Assembly (NCBI GenBank): GCA_964582965.1 | Contig: CAZOUN010000004.1 | Coordinates: forward strand, 923-64,922 | DNA: 64,000 nucleotides | Direction: 5' to 3' | Source of the DNA: an uncultured Anaerolineales bacterium | Lineage (GTDB): Bacteria; Chloroflexota; Anaerolineae; Anaerolineales; UBA11858 | Part shown: positions 45,663 to 57,289 of the stretch, piece by piece | How the letters are laid out: each line of letters opens with the position of its first letter | Numbering within the stretch: the first letter of the stretch is position 1 | Made by a program: the position numbers and the translations under genes | Notes under the pieces: generated by a model | What the model saw: only the letters and a program-made list of their open reading frames with translations | Databases searched by the model: none | Told to the model about the DNA's origin: nothing

Positions 45663-45749
45663 GGTTAGCTCCTTGGTTAACGAATAATTTACTCTGACAT
45701 TCTATCGTACTGAAAATAGTAAATTATTATAGATTTGTTAATTTAGCAA

Positions 45750-46499
45750 TCAGTGTATCTCGCCTTCTACCTCACCCTCAACGAGGTTCTCCCAGGGATA
45801 TAGTTCTGTGCCTTTTGCAGATTCCCGGGTTGCTTGATCTTCTGACAGAAAGCCGCGGTATTGGTCAGGAATGAGAGCTGCGATGGCTTTCATTAATTCA
45901 AGACCGATTTGGTCAAGCTGTTCTCTGCGTTCCCTTCCCCGGCCTATTGCTTTGAATGGACCTACAGGCTTGCCAATCCGGACAATAGCTTGGGGGCGCT
46001 GTCCGAGCCGGATAGGAAAGATGCCATTCAGACCATGGATCCCGAGAGGTAGGACTTTAGCGCCTGTTTGAGCTGCCAGATAAGCCGCGCCTGGTCGGGC
46101 AGGGCGCAAAACTTCAGCCCAGGATCCGCCTTCAGGCATGATCCCAAGCACGCCGTCTTGTTTCAGTATCTCTACAGCTGCGCGGAGAGCGAAGCGGGCA
46201 CCCGTTCCTCGAAAGACAGGGTAATATCCCCAAAGCTCAGGAAGTAATTTAACGATGCCTGGGGCATGAGGAAATTCAGCACCACCAACATACTCTATCG
46301 GGTAAGGAAGGGCATGCAAAACTGCTACAGGATCTATAAAGCTAAAGTGATTGGCGATTACCAGAAGAGGGCCACTCTTCGGTAGATTTTCCTTACCTTC
46401 TATTTTGAGATCGCTCAACAAACCGAAAGCACCCTTTGCTAGAAGTTTACAGATCCTGCGGATGACCACTCTTCGAGGATAAATGATTTCTTTCGTCAT
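45750..46499 (-). CDS. Lysophospholipid acyltransferase (PlsC family)
   Basis: NHFSFID (HX4D) and MPEG motifs. Confidence 0.88.
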   Translation of the reverse strand: MTKEIIYPRRVVIRRICKLLAKGAFGLLSDLKIEGKENLPKSGPLLVIANHFSFIDPVAVLHALPYPIEYVGGAEFPHAPGIVKLLPELWGYYPVFRGTGARFALRAAVEILKQDGVLGIMPEGGSWAEVLRPARPGAAYLAAQTGAKVLPLGIHGLNGIFPIRLGQRPQAIVRIGKPVGPFKAIGRGRERREQLDQIGLELMKAIAALIPDQYRGFLSEDQATRESAKGTELYPWENLVEGEVEGEIH

Positions 46500-47806
46500 T
46501 GGTCGGAGTAAACTTTTGTTGGATCTTTTACAGCAATCAAGATCAATAAACCGGCGATAAGAAAGATTACGATCGAGCCTAACGCTACTCGCTGGCCAGC
46601 CTGCTCTGCTAGTATGGTAGACAATCCCCTCGTATTTTCAAAATATTTAAAAGCTTCGAAAGCAAGAAAGCCGTAAATGGTAGGACCGATGAAAGAGGAG
46701 GTCCTACCGGTTACAGCGAAAATTCCATAAAACTCTGCGCTTCTGCCTTCCGGTGCAAAGTAGCTGACCAAAGTTCTGCTCACTGATTGAACACCAGTTA
46801 GGGCAAACCCTGCCAGAGCGCCGATGATGTAGAACTGGGTTACATTTTGAGCAAATATCATAAAGATCACTACTAATGTCATCATCAGAATGGAATAGAC
46901 CAGCGTCCGCTTGAAACCAATTTTATTACCAAGCAAGCCTGCTGCATAAGCGCCGATCACTGACGTTACTTGAACGATGATCATGAAAATGATCAATTCT
47001 GTTTGTTCCATGCCAAACATAACAGCACCGATGATGGAGGCAAAATTGAGAGCCATTAAAATACCGTCATTATAGATGAGGAAAGCAATGATAAACCGGA
47101 GGAAATCTTTGAAATCTCCAAGAGCTTTTGCTGTTTCAATTAATCTTGCGAATGCTATGGATAGGTAGGTTTCACCTTCTGGAAGCTCTTTTGCGACCGC
47201 TCGCTCCTTGATCCATAACCAGGCAGGGATAGCAGAGATGGCAAAATATATAGAAGTGAAAACGAGAGAAAGGCGGATTATTAATGTTCCTCCAAAAATA
47301 ATAATTAGGGGAAGCAAAATGAGAAGGATTAGGATTCCTCCAAGGGAACCAATAGCCCATCCATTGCCAGATACACGCCCCCGGTCTTCAGGTTCGGCAA
47401 TTTCAGGAAGGAGTGAGTTGTAGAAGACCTGACCGGAGCGATATCCGATCTCGGCGATAATAAAAAACAGCATACCGAGTAGAACATCTCCCTTTTCAAC
47501 AAAAAATAGCAACCCGGTGAAAATCCAGGTGATCACTGAAAAAATGAAAAGAAAACGTTTCTTTGAAGCTGAAAAATCAGCAATTGCCCCAAGAATTGGA
47601 GAGATAATGGCAACAGTTAACATCGCTATGCCGACGGCGATACCCCAGTACCTGGATCCTTCAGCTCCGCCAACAACTGTGCCCTTGAAATATGCTGAAT
47701 AAATCGCTAACAGGATTACGGCAGCATATGCCGAGTTCCCAAAATCGTACATATACCAGGCAATATGTTCGCGATTTCTAGTTTTTTTGATTGATGGTTC
47801 AGACAT
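46496..47806 (-). CDS. MFS transporter, UMF1/Atg22-like
   Basis: AWYMYDFGNS, FYNSLLP and VSGNGWAIG motifs. Confidence 0.85.
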   Translation of the reverse strand: MSEPSIKKTRNREHIAWYMYDFGNSAYAAVILLAIYSAYFKGTVVGGAEGSRYWGIAVGIAMLTVAIISPILGAIADFSASKKRFLFIFSVITWIFTGLLFFVEKGDVLLGMLFFIIAEIGYRSGQVFYNSLLPEIAEPEDRGRVSGNGWAIGSLGGILILLILLPLIIIFGGTLIIRLSLVFTSIYFAISAIPAWLWIKERAVAKELPEGETYLSIAFARLIETAKALGDFKDFLRFIIAFLIYNDGILMALNFASIIGAVMFGMEQTELIIFMIIVQVTSVIGAYAAGLLGNKIGFKRTLVYSILMMTLVVIFMIFAQNVTQFYIIGALAGFALTGVQSVSRTLVSYFAPEGRSAEFYGIFAVTGRTSSFIGPTIYGFLAFEAFKYFENTRGLSTILAEQAGQRVALGSIVIFLIAGLLILIAVKDPTKVYSDQ

Positions 47807-47845
47807 GAGATCTCCTTATGAATTTTAATAAAAAAACGAAATAGA

Positions 47846-49273
47846 TTATGAACGTTTATTTCTCCGGGCCAAGAGTGACCGTATTCGGGTGTGTTTCTCT
47901 CTAGTGAGTGGATAGAACCAGGCGATGACAATTGAACTTAATAAAAGTAGTGCTCCAAATGGACCGGTCAGGATCCGAATTACTGTAATAGTGACGTCGC
48001 TTTGTTGGAACACTGTTGCTCCTTGAGAAGGGGATTGATAACCGAACCATCCTAAAAGCTGCAGAACAAGGAATATTGTAACTGCTCCTGACATTTTCCG
48101 GGCGAAATTTTTAATTCCATAATAAACGCCTTCGTGACGGCTTCGAGTACGGAGTTCTTCCCATTCAATAACATCAGGAAAAATCGCGTCAGGCAAAACA
48201 TGAGCCGTGGAGATACTGATGCCGGCCAAAATAGTCAATATCAGAATAAATATGGTCTGACCAGGTTTGACGATTATGATTAATGATTGCACAACCATCC
48301 AGAATAGCATGCCAAATATATACGCCTTGCGCTTGCTGGTTTTTTTTGATAACCAATTCCAGACTGGCAAAGCGGCAATAGCGGTGATGAACATCAGGCC
48401 AAGGATGACAGAATCCTGGGAGATGTTAGAGCCAAAAATATTCATTTCTGCTGCTAAATCTCCCTGGGCAATCCAATAAGTCAAAAAATATGGAAGCATC
48501 AACGAGACCATATCTACTGTCATCCAATTCAACATATAGAGTCCTGTTGCAAAACGAAAAGGAATATTTTGCCAGGCAGTTTCAGTTATTTCTCTAAGAG
48601 AATGGGTTTCTTTGGGAGGATTGGGATGGCGCTCACGAACAAAAAAGAACATAACCAAAAAGGGTATGGCACCAATGCCGCCGAAAAGGCCTGAAATGAG
48701 CAAATAGCTTTGACTGAGAGTCAGTCCGGATTGAAGGGCTGCATTTTTTATCATGGGAGCTGCAACGGCTACAACAAGAGAGATTACGAGATTGAAGAAC
48801 ATTCGATAAGTGGTTAATTCAGTTCTTTCGTCATAATCTGGTGTCATTTCGGGGGTCAGAGTGTAAAAGGGAACGGCAACTAGTGTCTGAAGAGTATCAC
48901 TGATAATGTAGGCCAGAGTCATGTGAATGGCCAGAACGATCTGGTTATTCCAGGGAGGGGCCCACCACATCAACAGAAATGCCAAACCAAATGGGATTGA
49001 GAAAAACAATAAGAAAGGTCTACGGCGGCCCCATCGGGTATTAATCCTATCGCTCAACATACCAACAAGGGGGTCGTTAATGGCGTCCCAGATGACGCCG
49101 ATCAATGCTGCATAGGATGCTAATCGGGCTTCCAAACCTACTACATCGGTGAGGAAGATTGCGTAAAAGATTTGACGTAGTGTTCCCCAGCCGGCGATAC
49201 CTAAATCGCCTGATCCGTAGATGATTTTTGTAAATAGGGATAGGGGTTTATGATCGGAGGATGTAGCATCCAT
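47846..49273 (-). CDS. Glycoside-pentoside-hexuronide (MelB/MFSD2-like) transporter
   Basis: YGSGD, IWDAINDPLVG.LSDR..TRWGRRRP, PDVIEW.E and EGVYYG motifs. Confidence 0.9.
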   Translation of the reverse strand: MDATSSDHKPLSLFTKIIYGSGDLGIAGWGTLRQIFYAIFLTDVVGLEARLASYAALIGVIWDAINDPLVGMLSDRINTRWGRRRPFLLFFSIPFGLAFLLMWWAPPWNNQIVLAIHMTLAYIISDTLQTLVAVPFYTLTPEMTPDYDERTELTTYRMFFNLVISLVVAVAAPMIKNAALQSGLTLSQSYLLISGLFGGIGAIPFLVMFFFVRERHPNPPKETHSLREITETAWQNIPFRFATGLYMLNWMTVDMVSLMLPYFLTYWIAQGDLAAEMNIFGSNISQDSVILGLMFITAIAALPVWNWLSKKTSKRKAYIFGMLFWMVVQSLIIIVKPGQTIFILILTILAGISISTAHVLPDAIFPDVIEWEELRTRSRHEGVYYGIKNFARKMSGAVTIFLVLQLLGWFGYQSPSQGATVFQQSDVTITVIRILTGPFGALLLLSSIVIAWFYPLTREKHTRIRSLLARRNKRS

Positions 49274-49329
49274 AAAAAGCCTTTTTGGAATGTTTCACTG
49301 ATGGGGTTAACTGAAAACTCTATCAAAAG

Positions 49330-50448
49330 TTACAGGTCTAATTGATAGATTCGGTGAGTTTTTACCCAATTCATATTGAAATGGCTTGATTCGCCCAAGC
49401 TGGCGATATTGTCCTCTCTGGTTTGAACAGTTTCAACGAAATCGAAATCGAACTCGTTAAAAGTATTTTCAAGTTCTGTGTATATTACAGCGGTGGACCC
49501 AAGCCCTTGATATTCAGGTAAAATTCCAATTCCATTGGAATCCATATATTTTGTGGTTTTGAATTCGCGCATAATATGAAACCATCCAAATGGGAATAAT
49601 CGCCCGTTAGTTTTTTGGAGTCCGCGGCAAATATTTGGATAGCTGAAGAGGAAACCAATGATTTTGTCTTCCTTGTAAACAAGTTTGATAAGACGGGGAT
49701 CAGCGATAGATAGCATTCGCTCAGCAATGACTACGATCTCTTCTTCGGAAATGGGACTGAAGCCTTCGGACCCACCAAATGCGCTGTTATAAACCAACCG
49801 CAGTTCTGATGCTATTGCCATGATCTCATCTTTGGTTTCAAATTTTCTAACCCAGAAACCACTGCGCTTCTTTACTTTTTCAGCGACACGTCTTACTTTG
49901 TCAGAAAGACCGATTTTTGTATCTACGTAACCGGAAAAATAATCGAATTTCTTTTCAAATCCTGCACCTTTTACCAATCGGTCGTAATAATTAAAATTAT
50001 AGGGAATACCAACTGCAGGAATGTGATCAAAACCGTCTACCAGAAGTCCGATACCGTCACCTTGAAGTAAGCCTTTTGGACCATACACTTGTTTGTGACC
50101 TCTTTCCCTGGACCAGATGAATAACTCTTGAAAAAGAGCGTCAGATACTTCGCTGTCATCGATAGAATCGAAATAATAGAAGAAAACTGTATCCGTGTTA
50201 TTTGCAGTATTAGATCTGGAATTGGAAATTGCGGCAATTCTGCCTATGGTCTTATTGTTGTCTTCAGCCAGGAAAAAATCTGCATCTGAATGCTTGTAAA
50301 ACGGATGTTTACTTTTATTCAGGACTTTTTTGGTATCATCCCGTAATTGAGGAACCCAATAGGGATTATCTTTATATAGGTCAAAAGGAAACTGAATGAA
50401 TTTCCGAATATCTCTTCTGTTTTGCGGGTCAAGTTTACGAATCTTCAA
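49330..50448 (-). CDS. Tandem-GNAT N-acyltransferase, bacterial ceramide synthase (bCerS)-like
   Basis: FIQFPFDLY....WVP, GRIAA, GP...G.LVDGF and YNFNYY motifs; TTG start 7 nt after AGGAG. Confidence 0.7.
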   Translation of the reverse strand: MKIRKLDPQNRRDIRKFIQFPFDLYKDNPYWVPQLRDDTKKVLNKSKHPFYKHSDADFFLAEDNNKTIGRIAAISNSRSNTANNTDTVFFYYFDSIDDSEVSDALFQELFIWSRERGHKQVYGPKGLLQGDGIGLLVDGFDHIPAVGIPYNFNYYDRLVKGAGFEKKFDYFSGYVDTKIGLSDKVRRVAEKVKKRSGFWVRKFETKDEIMAIASELRLVYNSAFGGSEGFSPISEEEIVVIAERMLSIADPRLIKLVYKEDKIIGFLFSYPNICRGLQKTNGRLFPFGWFHIMREFKTTKYMDSNGIGILPEYQGLGSTAVIYTELENTFNEFDFDFVETVQTREDNIASLGESSHFNMNWVKTHRIYQLDL

Positions 50449-51023
50449 TCACGGACTCCTATTTATTGAGGGAATAAGGAAATTATACCTTGATAAATAA
50501 TACGGGTAATAATCTATAGAAAAGTTAGAATTACTTGAGAAAAGTTGGATCTTGACCCCCGTGTATGAATAAAGATGGGTGAAAAAATTACAAGATTAAT
50601 AGCTATTCAAGGTTATTAGGGGAATTTTCAACTGTTTGATATCTGGAAATTATATTTGTGTTGGGAGGGCAGTGGAATTAAATCAAGTTTCCACAACGCC
50701 AAACAAAAAATGTGTCGCTGGAAATCTGAAATCGTCTCAGGGTGTCTTATACAGACGTGATGTTATATTATTTATAATCATGCCCTAATGAGCTTTCGGG
50801 AAATTGCGTATAGGCATTAATTTGCATAATCTGGGTTTCTAAATAAAGAGAATTAGTATATCGCTAAAATTTGAGGCAATAAATAAATATGGACTTCACT
50901 CAATATCAGAGAGGGTTATTGGATACGTTGATGGAAATTATGGTAAACTCAAAAAGGCACGAATAAATAATTCGAACTAAGATAAAAACCGGATAAATCT
51001 GGTCACTCCGAGGAGAAATCATC

Positions 51024-51401
51024 ATGAAATACCATATCCTGGTGATTGACGATAATGCAAAAACCCTAGACGTTCTTAGACTATCGTTAGAGCGGTCGGG
51101 CTTTAGGGTCTCCACTGCAAATTCCTGGGAGACTGTTGAAGATAAGATAAAGATCGGATATAGGATAAAAGATCCATACGATTTAATTGTGTTGGATCTA
51201 ATGATCCCTGAAAGATCGGGTTTTGATATCTTGAAAACGCTTCATGTTATTTTGGTACCGATGCCTCCTGTGATCGTTTTGAGTGCGATAACAGATGTGA
51301 AGAAGAAAATTCAAGCCAGGAATATGGGTGTAGCTAAATACCTTACCAAACCTACCACTCCTGATAAGTTAGTGAAAGCTATTAGAGACGTCCTGCTATA
51401 A
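51024..51401 (+). CDS. Single-domain response regulator receiver
   Basis: LVIDD, LDLMIP (phospho-Asp), LSA and TKP motifs; SD GAGGAG. Confidence 0.9.
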   Translation: MKYHILVIDDNAKTLDVLRLSLERSGFRVSTANSWETVEDKIKIGYRIKDPYDLIVLDLMIPERSGFDILKTLHVILVPMPPVIVLSAITDVKKKIQARNMGVAKYLTKPTTPDKLVKAIRDVLL

Positions 51402-51437
51402 GTTCTAATAGTTGAGAAGTTATTTAAAGATGGGGGA

Positions 51438-53461
<2,024 letters not shown>

Positions 53462-53499
53462 TCAAGTTAAATTAACAAAATATTGAGTAATACTGTACT

Positions 53500-55062
53500 A
53501 TGAATTTTATGCTACCCGATCACCGAATCCGGCAGAGAGATTACTTGCTGGAAATAACCCGAAGTTTAACTCAAGAGTTGAATCTTGATATTTTGCTGCA
53601 AAGAATCTTGGAACTAGCGGCTGAATTATTAGCTGGCAAAGCAGGACTGATCGCCCTTCGTGAAGAAGAGGGAGGCTGGAATATCGGAGCTTCGTATGGT
53701 ATCCAGCCAACATTTCTACAATACCTGAACCCCATCCTGGCAGAAGTTCCTGAGAATGAAGACCAGGCTGGCCAAGAACTTCCTCAGGTTAATAGAATGC
53801 TCCAGTTATTGACGAAGCGTGCCAGCATGAATTTACTAACTGGTGTTGGTCTTCCATTGATCTCTGAAAAAAGAGTCATTGGCTTGATATTTATTTTTCG
53901 TGGGTACGAAGGCGTTTTTTCAAAGAACGATAAAGCGATCCTGCAAAGTTTTGCCGACCAGGCTGCAATCGCAGTGATCAATGCCCAGCTGTACACCCAG
54001 GTATCAAGAGAGAAATCACGGCTCGATGCGTTACTGGACTCAGCAGCTGACGGAATAATAATCATGTCTGCAGACCATAAAATAGAAAAATGCAATCAAG
54101 CCTTCGCCAGGATAATGCGGAAGGATGTTTCAGAAATTGAAGGGTCGGCCCATGAGGAAATATTTAATTGGGAATCTCTTCAGCAGGGCTCCTCGTTGGA
54201 GGAAGCTGAATTAAGCGGCTGGCCATTAACCGCAAAAGCAAATCTTTATGTTGAGGGTGATTTAAAAAGACCGACAGGAGAATTTATTCCGGTAGGTGTT
54301 ACTTATGCGCCATTGCTTTCTGGCGAAGGAAAGTTGATAAATATCATTGCGTCAATCCGAGATATCTCGCATTTTCGAGAAGCAGAAGAAATCAAAAGCG
54401 TTTTTGTATCTATTGTTAGCCATGAGCTAAAAACCCCAGTTGCGCTGATCAAAGGGTATGTAGGAACCTTGAGGCGGAAAGATGTATCTTGGGACAGTGA
54501 GATCGTTCAAGACAGTCTTGAGGTTATTGAAGATGAAGCAGATAGGCTTACTGAGTTAATAGAAAATCTACTCGACGCTTCTCGTTTACAAGCCGGGGAA
54601 TTCAGTTTGAATTTAGCTGAAATAAGGATGGATAAATTAGCCCAGGAAATGGTCGATAGGTTTCAAACACAAACAGATAGACATCGGATATCTGTGCAAT
54701 TCCCAGAGGAATTCCCTGTAATCGTGGGTGACGAAAATAGACTTGAGCAGGTTTTTTATAATTTGCTATCTAACGCAGTCAAGTATTCTCCAGATGGAGG
54801 AGAGGTAATCATAAGCGGCCAGATCAGATCCGAGCAGATTATAATTTGCATCCAGGATCAGGGTTCTGGAATTTCTCAAGAGGATGTACCGCATATATTT
54901 GACAGGTTTTTTAGAGCAGATGAAGCAGCAAAAAATACCCAGGGCGCTGGACTGGGATTGTATTTGAGCAGAGCTATTATTGAAGCACATAACGGTAGGA
55001 TATGGATAGAACCACGTCCAAAATCAGGCACACGGGTTTGTTTTTCAATAGCTAGAGGCTAG
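53500..55062 (+). CDS. Cytoplasmic GAF-PAS sensor histidine kinase
   Basis: H-box SHELKTP, N-box NLLSNAVKYS, G1 DQGSG, F DRFFR, G2 GAGLGL. Confidence 0.93.
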   Translation: MNFMLPDHRIRQRDYLLEITRSLTQELNLDILLQRILELAAELLAGKAGLIALREEEGGWNIGASYGIQPTFLQYLNPILAEVPENEDQAGQELPQVNRMLQLLTKRASMNLLTGVGLPLISEKRVIGLIFIFRGYEGVFSKNDKAILQSFADQAAIAVINAQLYTQVSREKSRLDALLDSAADGIIIMSADHKIEKCNQAFARIMRKDVSEIEGSAHEEIFNWESLQQGSSLEEAELSGWPLTAKANLYVEGDLKRPTGEFIPVGVTYAPLLSGEGKLINIIASIRDISHFREAEEIKSVFVSIVSHELKTPVALIKGYVGTLRRKDVSWDSEIVQDSLEVIEDEADRLTELIENLLDASRLQAGEFSLNLAEIRMDKLAQEMVDRFQTQTDRHRISVQFPEEFPVIVGDENRLEQVFYNLLSNAVKYSPDGGEVIISGQIRSEQIIICIQDQGSGISQEDVPHIFDRFFRADEAAKNTQGAGLGLYLSRAIIEAHNGRIWIEPRPKSGTRVCFSIARG

Positions 55063-55109
55063 CTGTAAAGAAATAATTTTGTGATTAATATAAGGGAAAT
55101 GGAGTAATT

Positions 55110-56486
55110 ATGGCAAGAATCCAAACAAGTTGTCCAAATTGCGGTCAGCCACTGGTCGCGGAAATATTCCAGGTAGTTGATGCGAATAAGGACTTGAAAC
55201 TAAAAGAAATCTTATTAGCTGGAGGGCTGAACTTAGCTCAATGCCAGGCATGTGGTTTTAAGGGACAGCTTCCTGTACCGCTTGTTTATCATGATAATGA
55301 GAAGGAATTATTATTAACATTTTCACCTCCTGATACAAACAAAACAATGGAAGAAAAAGAGGCTGCGCTTTCGCCATTATTAAAACAAGTGATTGACAAT
55401 CTGGAACCGAAAGACAGAAAGGGTTATTTATTTCAGCCGCAAGCTATGCTGACTATGAATAATTTAGTAAAAAATGTTCTTATGTCTGACGGTATTACCG
55501 AGGAAATGATTCAGGACCAACAGGAAAAAATGAAATTGTTGGATACCCTATTTAATCAAGAAGGAGAACAACTAAAAAAGACGGTCCTTGATAATGATCA
55601 AAAGATCGATAGAGAATTCTTTGCAATATTTGCAGAAATCGCTCAAAGGATCATCACTAGCCAGGATGAAAAATCTATTGAGAAAATCAAAGCTGTGCAA
55701 GACGTATTGATGGCGGAAACGGATATTGGGAAAGAGATCCTTGCAGAAAGCCAAGAAATACAGGCAGCTACAAAATCTTTGGAAGCCTTGGGCGAAAATC
55801 TAACAAGGGGATCTTTATTAGAAATAGTGATCAATGCTCCAAATCTTGAAAGGGTAAAGGCGTTGGCTGGATTAGTTCGGCCTGCGATGGACTATGAATT
55901 CTTTCAGAATTTCACAGAGAGGATTGAGGCAGCAAATGAAAGCGAACGAAAGGATTTGGTTGAGAAGCGTAACCTGATGTTAAAAGTTACCCAGGAAATT
56001 GATGAGCAGCTTCAGCAAAGAGCTGCAGCGGCTGTGGAAACAATAAATCGAATCATCGAAAACGATTCTGTTGAAGAAGGGCTCATGCAAGATATTGGCC
56101 TTGTGGACCAGCTATTTGTGCAAGCTTTATCGGGCGAGATCAATCAGGCTGAGGAAAATAAGAATGAAGAGCGCAAAACAAAACTGATCGAATTATTCCA
56201 GATAATTCAAGACATGAGTACTCCACCCGAACTGAAAAAAGTAGAAGAGCTTGTTACATTGACTGACGATAAAAGCAAGCTTGAATTGGCTTTAGATGAT
56301 ATCGATCCAGAATTCAGCGAAAAGATTATTGGTTATTTGACTTCGATAATCAGTAATTATGAAGAGCAAGCAATAAATGAGGAAGCTGAAAATTTAGAGC
56401 AGTTGAATGAAACTCTGAGCAAGCTAAAAATCGTGTTTAATGAACTGCTGCGCAAATCTATGAAGAGCAAGATGGGACTAGGATAA
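55110..56486 (+). CDS. CpXC domain protein
   Basis: N-terminal CPNC...CQAC, LVYHD.EKELL motif, acidic helical C-terminal region. Confidence 0.75.
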   Translation: MARIQTSCPNCGQPLVAEIFQVVDANKDLKLKEILLAGGLNLAQCQACGFKGQLPVPLVYHDNEKELLLTFSPPDTNKTMEEKEAALSPLLKQVIDNLEPKDRKGYLFQPQAMLTMNNLVKNVLMSDGITEEMIQDQQEKMKLLDTLFNQEGEQLKKTVLDNDQKIDREFFAIFAEIAQRIITSQDEKSIEKIKAVQDVLMAETDIGKEILAESQEIQAATKSLEALGENLTRGSLLEIVINAPNLERVKALAGLVRPAMDYEFFQNFTERIEAANESERKDLVEKRNLMLKVTQEIDEQLQQRAAAAVETINRIIENDSVEEGLMQDIGLVDQLFVQALSGEINQAEENKNEERKTKLIELFQIIQDMSTPPELKKVEELVTLTDDKSKLELALDDIDPEFSEKIIGYLTSIISNYEEQAINEEAENLEQLNETLSKLKIVFNELLRKSMKSKMGLG

Positions 56487-56519
56487 TAAAAGATTGGAAT
56501 AGAAAGGTCCTAAGGGGAA

Positions 56520-57209
56520 TCAGGTTGAAAGGCCCTGGGTGAACGGTGGATTTTCAAGCCGAAAGCCTTGTCCGCGAACAGTTATTATGTAGTCATGATC
56601 AGGGTCAAATTCAATAATTCGCTCTCTTAGTCTCCTTACCAGGGCGTCAAGAGCCTGATCTGTAACGCCTAGAGATTGTTGGGATCCCCAAACACTATTG
56701 ATGACTTCGGAACGAGATAGAACCCGACCCCTAGATTCCGATAACAAAGAAAGAAAGCTGAATTGCAGTGCAGATAATGGAGGGTTCAATTCTCGGTTCA
56801 TGATCCATGTTCTGCAAGATTCTTTTTCGAGTCTTATTCGGCGAAAATATGAGATTACAGAGGATTCGAAATCTCCAGGAGCAAGAGGTACCGTTGCATC
56901 TTGGCCGAGGAAAATAAATTCCTGAGCAAGGGCAATTTGGATTACGTCGCCATCTTCGAGGGCGATCGTGTCAGTGACGGGTTTTCCATTGTGGAAGGTA
57001 CCATTTTTGCTGCCAAGGTCTTCCAGGGACGGGATATCGTCAATAATAGTAATTCTGGCATGCTCTCTGGATACTTGCTGATTTGTGATCGCGATATCAC
57101 AAGCTCCGGTTCGTCCTATGATAAGCTGATTGGCTAAAGACCAGCGATACCCATTTAAGGGGCCACCTTGACCTACCAATACCGGTTGAGCATGATTTCG
57201 ATCTGACAT
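56520..57209 (-). CDS. FHA domain plus OmpR-type winged-helix transcriptional regulator
   Basis: IGR...VSREH...SKNGT FHA motifs; VWG...LDALVRRLR.RI...ITVRGQGFRL wHTH. Start taken as 57209. Confidence 0.88.
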   Translation of the reverse strand: MSDRNHAQPVLVGQGGPLNGYRWSLANQLIIGRTGACDIAITNQQVSREHARITIIDDIPSLEDLGSKNGTFHNGKPVTDTIALEDGDVIQIALAQEFIFLGQDATVPLAPGDFESSVISYFRRIRLEKESCRTWIMNRELNPPLSALQFSFLSLLSESRGRVLSRSEVINSVWGSQQSLGVTDQALDALVRRLRERIIEFDPDHDYIITVRGQGFRLENPPFTQGLST

Positions 57210-57289
57210 AAGATGTATTTCAATAATTGAAAATCCAATTGGATTATAATGCAATTGAACGATCATTAAGTAGAGATAATGAACTAATA

